Source: Okeania sp.
GTDB lineage: Bacteria > Cyanobacteriota > Cyanobacteriia > Cyanobacteriales > Microcoleaceae
Length of the DNA stretch: 32,000 nucleotides
Reading direction: 5' to 3'
Assembly: GCF_035285525.1 (NCBI RefSeq)
Contig: NZ_JAYKGW010000098.1
Span: 1 to 32,000 of the forward strand
The notes below the pieces were generated by a model that was not told the DNA's origin, searched no databases, and was given only the letters and a program-made list of their open reading frames with translations. Every line of letters begins with the position of its first letter. Within the stretch, counting starts at the first letter, position 1. The translations under genes were made by a program, and so were the position numbers. Positions 25,701 through 32,000 of this stretch are shown here, in pieces.

Positions 25701-26373
25701 TTTAGAGATGGGAATTGGTATTAATACTGGAGAAGTTGTGGTGGGAAATATTGGTTCTGAGAAACGAACCAAATATGCTGTGGTGGGAAACCAAGTCAAT
25801 TTAACTTATCGGATTGAGTCTTATTCTACTGGCGGTGAAATACTTATTTCTGAAACTACACTGCAAGAGGTAGGAGAGTCAATTTTAAGAATTGATGGAC
25901 AAAAATTAGTACAGCCAAAAGGTGTGAAACAACCTATTAATATTTATAATATTAGTGGGATTTCTGGAGAATATAATATCTTTTTAGAAAAGGAAGAAGA
26001 GGTATTTTTAGACTTAACTGAAGAAATATCTACCCAATATACAATTTTGGAAGGGAAGCACGTTGGGGAAAACTTATTTTCTGGTAAGTTAGTTCAACTT
26101 TCTGCCCATGGAGCGTTGGTAAAGTCTGATTCATCAGAAGCAAATTCTATACCTTCTGTATTGAGTAATATTAAAATTAATTTATACCCCTCTACTAACT
26201 CAGAATTAGTAGGAGAAGATATTTATGCTAAGGTTTTGGATAAACCTGTAGAGTCTGGATATTTTTATGTTTTATTTACTTCTAAACCACCAGAAGTCAA
26301 GGAGTTACTTGATGCTAAATATAGTAAATTGATTCCTTTTGATCAAAAGAAAAAGATGAAAGTGAGAAGGTAA
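22738..26373 (+). CDS. Multidomain sensor: TM-double Cache-TM-HAMP-HisKA-HATPase-receiver-class III nucleotidyl cyclase-C-terminal beta-rich domain
   Basis: 1211 aa; the start may be the ATG at 22747. H-box SHELRTPLN (His codon 24115-24117), N-box HNLVGNAIKFT and G-box GTGLGLPITKKLVELHGG are present. The receiver has IMIVDDEP...LLDVMMPGMTGYEV...MLTAK. The cyclase has ILTSDIRGFT, GTIDEFMGDGILVLFGAP and VVGNQVNLTYRIES. Confidence 0.93.
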   Translation: MASMKKKSLWQLNKKTNIWGKIPLMSVLIIPFLLKILIIVGLIGWLSFRNGQRAINNLATKLRQQVVAHIVEQIDNYLQIPHQINKLSAYAVKEDNLTIFPVQGQGLFWQQMNLFQSIQWIYCGSPEKGEFMGVTRLGKNDGLWLTFSNESTDFFSYESPLDSQGNIIDSVTKRSKISQKFDARNRPWYQAGVKAGKPTWSRIYKGFSTEEPIISAVLPVYDSQNNLKAVCGVDIYFSQELNKVLTTIEIGRTGEAFILDTKGVLIASSIRKLKSEEKDELGIEKAINSNNKLIKSATQHLTEQYQNLTEIDTKKQLDFILNGERIFMEVSPYEDEYGLDWLTVVVIPENEFMAQIKANTRSTIQLCILALATALVLGLLTVKWITKPIIKLSTAARAISHGELNQNVPIQGVKELVILAESFNHMTQQLEESFNDLETKNQELQHLDELKDEFLANTSHELRTPLNGMIGIAESMIDGATGAISELQKNNLSMIVGSGYRLANLVNDILDFSKLRHHNIELQIGSVGMREVTEVVLTFSRMMLLGKDLQLVNAIPSDFPAAAADENRVQQILHNLVGNAIKFTECGVVKVSGELIDVNNNQQMAITVSDNGIGIPEDKQEAIFASFEQGDGSTERRYGGTGLGLPITKKLVELHGGNIWVKSTPGIGSEFTFTLNISDKPAHTTSAESSVKRQISVFNTDYLAKSILDETNSLSQKYTPISTVSLSNQEEFKIMIVDDEPVNLMVLSNQLSLYNYQVIQANNGQEALDILEQSFLPDLILLDVMMPGMTGYEVTQKVRQIWPLHQLPIMMLTAKNRVSDLVIGLEAGANDYLSKPFHKEELLARIKTHINIKKLRTEKAHIRQAFGRYLTDEVVSNLLETPEGLKLGGERKKVTILTSDIRGFTGISERFAPEEVVNVLNFYLSSMADVIMSFQGTIDEFMGDGILVLFGAPNPRKDDAKRAVACGVAMQQKMLSVNKQMEAWGLVPLEMGIGINTGEVVVGNIGSEKRTKYAVVGNQVNLTYRIESYSTGGEILISETTLQEVGESILRIDGQKLVQPKGVKQPINIYNISGISGEYNIFLEKEEEVFLDLTEEISTQYTILEGKHVGENLFSGKLVQLSAHGALVKSDSSEANSIPSVLSNIKINLYPSTNSELVGEDIYAKVLDKPVESGYFYVLFTSKPPEVKELLDAKYSKLIPFDQKKKMKVRR

Positions 26374-26586
26374 GCATTTAGCAGTCAGCCATCAGCCGTC
26401 AGCTAGTCTCCTATTGTAAGTATTCAGCAGTCAGCATTTAGCGGTCAGAAGAGTGCTTTTAGTTTTAGATAAAAGCTTTATGATTCTGAAATTTTATCTG
26501 ACTACAAAATTCAGTTTTCAAATCTATATTCGTTTAAATCTCCTCCTTAAGGTTGAGGTTTTTATTGCTAATAGCTGAATGCTTAC
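26370..26586. repeat. 217-bp GTAAGCATT-type inverted-repeat element overlapping the sensor gene stop codon
   Basis: The left arm is gTAAgcatttagcagtcagccatcagccgtcagc (26370-26403). A second left-type arm is gtaagtattcagcagtcagcatttagcggtcag (26416-26448). The right arm is gctaatagctgaatgcttac (26567-26586). Confidence 0.8.
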
Positions 26587-26632
26587 ATTTAATGTTTAAA
26601 GATCATCCCTTATTACAAGACTTACTAAATAC

Positions 26633-27586
26633 CTATAAACATTTATTTAATCCATCCTGAATTTGCTGATTATCTAAATGACGCCCAATAAATACTAACT
26701 GATTTTTGTTGGGTTTTAAACAAGTTTCATCTGCTTCTAATGTATGACGATTGCCACTCATTTGAAAGATATGTGGATGCTCAATATCATCTAGCCAAAG
26801 AATACCTTTTGCCCGAAATAAATCACCCGAAATATGTTCAAGAAAATTTTCAAATTTAAATACATCCATAGGGCGATCGCTCTCAAAAGATACAGCCATA
26901 AATCCATCATTTTCTAAATGCCCAGACTGATATTTTTGAGACAGAATATATTCTGCCACAGGTGTCAATCCTACATCTAAAATTAAAGGTAATGCTACTT
27001 GACTATATTCAGTATATAATATCTTTGCTTCCTGTTTTATCAATTTAATATTTGACTCTACTTCCTGTAGTCTTTCTCCAGAAACTAAGTCAGTTTTATT
27101 CAGCAAAATAATATCGGCAAAAGCAATCTGTTTTAAAACAGCTTCACTGTCAAAATGATTAGGAGAAAAAGTTTCAGCATCTACTACAGTTAGAATCGAA
27201 TCTATCCTAGTCAATTCTCTTAACTTTGTTGCTAAAAATGTCAAAAGAATGGGAAAAGGGTCGGCTATTCCTGTCGTTTCTATAACTAAATAATCAATTT
27301 TTTTATCTGTAGCTAATACTCGCTCAACTGCTGCTACCAAACCATGATTTAAACTACAACAAATACAACCATTATTGAGTTGAACCATATCCTCTTCAAT
27401 AGATACTAAAAGTTGACTGTCTATATCAATATCTCCAAATTCATTGATTAAAACAGCCACTCTTAAATCTTGTTTATTTTTAAGAATATGATTGAGTAAT
27501 GTTGTTTTGCCACTACCAAGAAAACCAGTAATAATACTAACAGGTATTCTCTGTTTAAGAAAGTCAGTTATTTCTTGTTTAGTCAT
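26633..27586 (-). CDS. COG0523-family GTPase (CobW/metallochaperone-like)
   Basis: 317 aa with P-loop GFLGSGKTT, metal motif GCICCS, ETTGIADP and NKTD, plus a CobW C-terminal-like domain. Confidence 0.9.
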   Translation of the reverse strand: MTKQEITDFLKQRIPVSIITGFLGSGKTTLLNHILKNKQDLRVAVLINEFGDIDIDSQLLVSIEEDMVQLNNGCICCSLNHGLVAAVERVLATDKKIDYLVIETTGIADPFPILLTFLATKLRELTRIDSILTVVDAETFSPNHFDSEAVLKQIAFADIILLNKTDLVSGERLQEVESNIKLIKQEAKILYTEYSQVALPLILDVGLTPVAEYILSQKYQSGHLENDGFMAVSFESDRPMDVFKFENFLEHISGDLFRAKGILWLDDIEHPHIFQMSGNRHTLEADETCLKPNKNQLVFIGRHLDNQQIQDGLNKCL

Positions 27587-27610
27587 TGAAATTTATCCCT
27601 ATTTCAAAAT

Positions 27611-27648
27611 GTAAGCATTTAGCCGTTAGCTGTCAGCAATCAGCTATT
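27611..27648. repeat. Solo GTAAGCATT-type arm
   Basis: gtaagcatttagccgttagctgtcagcaatcagctatt, 25 bp upstream of the COG0523 start codon. Confidence 0.7.
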
Positions 27649-27699
27649 ATTTTTTGTGTGTGTTCAAAGCTTTATTACAGCGATAGAAATCGGTAAACC

Positions 27700-27953
27700 T
27701 TGTAAGGACGTTTTGCTGCGCAACATGTTTGCGGAGCATTCCGGAACGGAAAACGCATTTTTGCAACTTATAACGTCCCTACAAGCACCAACGCTATTAG
27801 TAGGGTGTGTTTTCCGCGCTTGAGCGGACATGTTTGCGGAGCATGACCTCAGGAAAAAACGCTAGCGTAACGCACCATGACCATATATGTAGAGTAAAAA
27901 AACTATTGCACAATAGTTTTAAGCACTATATCTAGGTTCACTGCGTAAGTCCT
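27700..27953. mobile_element. ~250-bp long-form AGGACTTAC-family MITE ending 6 bp from the S8 gene stop
   Basis: The interior acgctattagtagggtgtgttttccgcgcttgagcggacatgtttgcggagcat is related to 16770-16810 and 30345-30420. The right end is ctgcgtaagtcct (27941-27953). The left end is degenerate (aaggacgttttgc). Confidence 0.65.
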
Positions 27954-27959
27954 GTTAAT

Positions 27960-30164
27960 TTAATTCTGATTCAGACCAAATATTTCATTCTTTGCACCAT
28001 CAACAAATTGAGCCGTTCCTTCAAAAAGACAGGTAGAGCGGGTACTAACCCACATCCCTATCTTGAAAGAGCCGTTAGATTGAATTTTTAAAGCAATGTG
28101 AGGATGGACAGAATTAGCAATTAAATTCCAGGGAATTAAGTCTCCTGCTTTATACACTCCGTCATAATCTTTATCGGCAACAGTACCAGCAGATTGAGGA
28201 TGCAGATTTTTATCAAAATTAATAACTTGTTCTTTTCCATCTTCTTCTATCATTATCAAACTATAGCCTTCAGCAGTAGATTTAATGCTAGCTGATGTTA
28301 TTTTTCTTGTATTCTCACTTTCTTCGGGTCGGTATGGCATGGAACAACTTACCTTACCAACACTAGGTGGTTTTTTAGCACCCTCTATTAATAAAGAATA
28401 ATATTGAGAATCTCGTGAGTCATCAATCTCGCCGTCAACTAGAATTACATACTTGGCATCTTTCTTAGTTTCTTTGATTAACACCTGTTCTACATTGTCA
28501 AATTTATTCGGTCTATTTGTTACCGCATTTAGATCGGGTTTGTTTGGATTTAAACTCCAAGGATAATAAGTTTCATACCCATTTCCAGTAACCTCTCTCA
28601 CCCGAAGGTCTAAATCATTGACAATATTTTTGCCTGGTTGATCCGTCCAAGCTATCGTTACTTTTAAAGGTTTTCTACCATCACTAATCACCTGGATAGG
28701 TTGTCTTTGTGGATACACTTTTTCTAGCAGAAACTTGTCAGACTTAGATTTATTAGCTTTAGTTAGAAAATCAGCAGCCGCTTTAGCATCAACCAACCCC
28801 CAACCAAACTGATAATCAGGACCTTCGTTGCCCAAATCTTCTGCGGTATGAATTAAAAGCCCTTTGATAGTTGCGCTAAAAGGTTTCTCACTATTTGTCG
28901 TCTCTTTAATAACACTTTCAGACTCTTGCCAAAGGTTTTGGAAATGTTCCACCAATAATACTGCCGTACCTGTCACACTCGGAGCAGAATAGGAAGTACC
29001 GCTTCCCTTGTATGCTTTTAAATAACCACCAGAAGCACTCAAAAGGCGAGGTAACCGATAGCCATTACCAACAACATCTGGTTTAATTTGCCCAGTCTCA
29101 GTCGGACCCCAACCGGAAAAGTCGGTCATATTCTTTTCTCCATCGACAGCTCCAACGACAATTCCATTTTTCGTAGCTGCTTGAGGTACTATCGTGCGAT
29201 AACCTCCAAAATATTCCCCATCTCCAGGTGGTGGTGTTGACTGAGAATAGTATTTAGAAAATAAATAGAAACCTTCTTGAAAATCAAATCCAGATGTTCC
29301 CCATAGCTGTTGTAAGTATTTGCTTTTCTCTACATAAGCCACATACCAACCTGTTTGATAAACGTCTAAGTTACTCATGTTGTCGTCTCTATCATTTCCA
29401 GAGCTAAAAACACTTATTAGGTAAGGATAATCCTGAAGTATTTTATCTATTTTTTCTGATCCAGCTAATTCATAATTACCAAACCAATTGTGGGAACCTA
29501 TAAATACTGGAAATTGACCTTTTAACTTAGGAAAGTTAACTACTCCTTCTGGCAAACTTGTAACATCAACCAATTGCCAACCAACTCCTAAACCATAAGA
29601 GTGATTGGAAGCAACAATGGAATTAGCTGCTTTTTTTAGACTTTTAAAATCATTCTGTGCTGAATAACTTTCTATTTCAACACCTTGAGTCATCCCCGTA
29701 GAAAACTCTGATGGATTTCCTGTAGCAGCAATTATACCTGCTACAGCAGTGGCATGATCGCTAGACACACCTTCTTGAGACACTGTAACTCTGCCTTTTA
29801 ATTTTTCATGTTCTTTGGAAACAGCCCATTTATGCTTACCTTTTCCCGATGCTTCCCAAACTCCAACCACAAAACCTTGACCGCTTAGGTTAAGGGGAGA
29901 CGTCAACCAGATTCGGTCGGTTTTTATCGTCTGTGCTGCAACCGAACTGGTGGGCTTAACTATCTTCAAGTCTTCAGGAGGAATACCTGCACCAAGATAA
30001 TAAACATCATCAGAAAGTTTGACCGGCTCTTCATTTAACCCTAAGTCTTCCACTAAATCAATGCTGGCATTTGTTTCTGTTAGATCGATTTCAGGTTGGT
30101 TTAAATTACAACCGGTAGATAAAGATATAAGTAGTAGTAAAGCCAACAGTTTTGGGATTTTCAT
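27960..30164 (-). CDS. S8 (subtilisin-like) serine peptidase, probable lipoprotein, with C-terminal extension domains
   Basis: 734 aa. The signal plus lipobox-like sequence is LLISLSTGC. It has His motif SSDHATAVAGII, oxyanion SSGND and Ser motif GSGTSYSAPSVTG (Ser codon 28992-28994). The expected Asp motif reads GFVVGVWEASG. A post-catalytic ...TIAWTDQPGKNIVNDLDLRV segment is followed by ~130 aa of unassigned sequence. Confidence 0.9.
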   Translation of the reverse strand: MKIPKLLALLLLISLSTGCNLNQPEIDLTETNASIDLVEDLGLNEEPVKLSDDVYYLGAGIPPEDLKIVKPTSSVAAQTIKTDRIWLTSPLNLSGQGFVVGVWEASGKGKHKWAVSKEHEKLKGRVTVSQEGVSSDHATAVAGIIAATGNPSEFSTGMTQGVEIESYSAQNDFKSLKKAANSIVASNHSYGLGVGWQLVDVTSLPEGVVNFPKLKGQFPVFIGSHNWFGNYELAGSEKIDKILQDYPYLISVFSSGNDRDDNMSNLDVYQTGWYVAYVEKSKYLQQLWGTSGFDFQEGFYLFSKYYSQSTPPPGDGEYFGGYRTIVPQAATKNGIVVGAVDGEKNMTDFSGWGPTETGQIKPDVVGNGYRLPRLLSASGGYLKAYKGSGTSYSAPSVTGTAVLLVEHFQNLWQESESVIKETTNSEKPFSATIKGLLIHTAEDLGNEGPDYQFGWGLVDAKAAADFLTKANKSKSDKFLLEKVYPQRQPIQVISDGRKPLKVTIAWTDQPGKNIVNDLDLRVREVTGNGYETYYPWSLNPNKPDLNAVTNRPNKFDNVEQVLIKETKKDAKYVILVDGEIDDSRDSQYYSLLIEGAKKPPSVGKVSCSMPYRPEESENTRKITSASIKSTAEGYSLIMIEEDGKEQVINFDKNLHPQSAGTVADKDYDGVYKAGDLIPWNLIANSVHPHIALKIQSNGSFKIGMWVSTRSTCLFEGTAQFVDGAKNEIFGLNQN

Positions 30165-30186
30165 TTGAGTAGTAGTTAATAGTATT

Positions 30187-30493
30187 AGGACTTACGCATA
30201 AGCGCTAATGGTAGGGATGTTGCATGCAAGTAATGGTAGGGACGTTGCATGCAAGTAATGGTAGGGACTTACGCATAAGCGCTAATGGTAGGGATGTTGC
30301 ATGCAAGTAATGGTAGGGACGTTGCATGCAACGTCCCTACAGGTGTCTTTTCCGCGCTTGAGCGGACATCTTTGCACAGCATTCCCTATAGAAAAACGCT
30401 ACGCGACATGTTTGCAGAGCATTGCGTCAGGAAAAAGCGCACTTTGTAACACACCAATACTCTAATATTATATAGCATTTCTGCGTAAGTCCT
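30187..30493. mobile_element. 307-bp AGGACTTAC-family MITE with an internal 77-bp tandem duplication and a 28-bp perfect palindrome
   Basis: The ends are aggacttacgca (30187) and tgcgtaagtcct (30482-30493). Positions 30188-30264 and 30265-30341 are identical for 66 nt. The palindrome gtagggacgttgcatgcaacgtccctac is at 30313-30340. Confidence 0.85.
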
Positions 30494-30501
30494 ATATTCA
30501 C

Positions 30502-30591
30502 AGGACTTACGCAGAAACGTTATTTGTAGAGGGCGAATGCCATTCGCCCCTACTAGATATAGCGTTTGATCTCAGAATTTGCGTAAGTCCT
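30502..30591. mobile_element. 90-bp AGGACTTAC-family MITE
   Basis: aggacttacgcagaaacg...gtagagggcgaatgccattcgcccctactagatatagcg...tttgcgtaagtcct, with near-perfect TIRs. Confidence 0.85.
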
Positions 30592-30628
30592 GATTCATCT
30601 AAACTTCTTCCCTCAAAGCAAGACTTAT

Positions 30629-30659
30629 TGCTGATAGCCGATCGCTGACAGCTCAATGC

Positions 30660-30662
<3 letters not shown>
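30629..30662. repeat. Solo GTAAGCATT-type arm overlapping the hemB stop codon
   Basis: The minus strand reads gTAAgcattgagctgtcagcgatcggctatcagc. The TAA is the hemB stop (30660-30662). Confidence 0.75.
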
Positions 30663-31679
<1,017 letters not shown>

Positions 31680-32000
31680 CTAAATAATTTTGATAGTCTT
31701 TAATAATAATCAAAAATTGACATCTAGTCAATGGAGATTAAGTAGATTAGTGTTAAAATTTGTCACTATGTAACAAAACTATAAACTTAAGAAAAGGGCG
31801 GAAAAATTAAGGGGGTTTTTTTCTACTGAGGACTTTGTACTGTCCAATAAAATTTGTACAACTTATTTTTACATGAATCCTATGAAGAAAAAATTGATTA
31901 TTCTTTTAACCAAATCATTTTCTTTTTCGTAAATACCTGGTACTTTTCAGTTATCAGTAGTCAGGAGACAGAATAAAGAAGTTAGGATTTCCATAACTGT

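Noticed and set aside
23451-25799. Minus-strand ORFs inside the sensor-cyclase gene (23451-23675, 24060-24350, 24444-24833, 25539-25799)
   Set aside because: They are antisense to a gene with strong motif support throughout, and none has a motif of its own.
27587-27660. A Zur-type operator upstream of the COG0523 GTPase gene
   Set aside because: COG0523 genes are often zinc-regulated, but I could not see an AT-rich 7-1-7 palindrome in this spacer. Only the GTAAGCATT arm is present.
30188-30341. Possible CRISPR-like array (25-nt units) or other spacer-containing array
   Set aside because: The units are contiguous with no spacers, sit inside a MITE, and are explained by nested tandem duplication. 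No cas genes are present in the window.

Overview
The window looks like a chromosomal segment from a filamentous, heterocyst-type (Nostocales-like) cyanobacterium. It is AT-rich, carries 14 copies of the HIP1 octamer GCGATCGC, and has many heptamer STRR arrays plus a very high load of miniature repeat elements. About 64% is intact coding sequence: gyrA, an HDAC-family deacetylase, an ABC ATPase, an AMIN-domain protein, a DUF3172-like protein, clpS, a CPBP protease, a lone receiver domain, a TPR protein, an aldo/keto reductase, an M24B aminopeptidase, a 1211-aa Cache-HAMP-histidine kinase-receiver-class III cyclase, a COG0523 GTPase, an S8 peptidase and hemB. Nearly all intergenic DNA is a patchwork of MITE-like elements, tandem duplications and hairpin modules, and several of these touch gene starts or stops. 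Two accessory genes are decayed: a STAND/HEAT-repeat protein and a Uma2 endonuclease. The Uma2 gene is split by a MITE whose removal restores the reading frame. The most system-like locus is at 18.2-19.8 kb. It is an IS200/IS605-type element bounded by two matching bulged hairpins. It carries a frameshifted tnpB (an RNA-guided RuvC nuclease) and presumably an omega RNA, but has no Y1 transposase. A small divergent ribbon-helix-helix ORF, with a perfect palindrome in the shared promoter region, sits where tnpA is often found. Other points worth follow-up are an inverted-repeat element that supplies the TAA stop codon of three unrelated genes, a repeated promoter-like module that always points at the next gene, Glu/Ala at the purine-specifying positions of the cyclase, and an apparent Asp-to-Glu change in the S8 catalytic triad. 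All homology calls were made by eye from motifs; no database search was possible.
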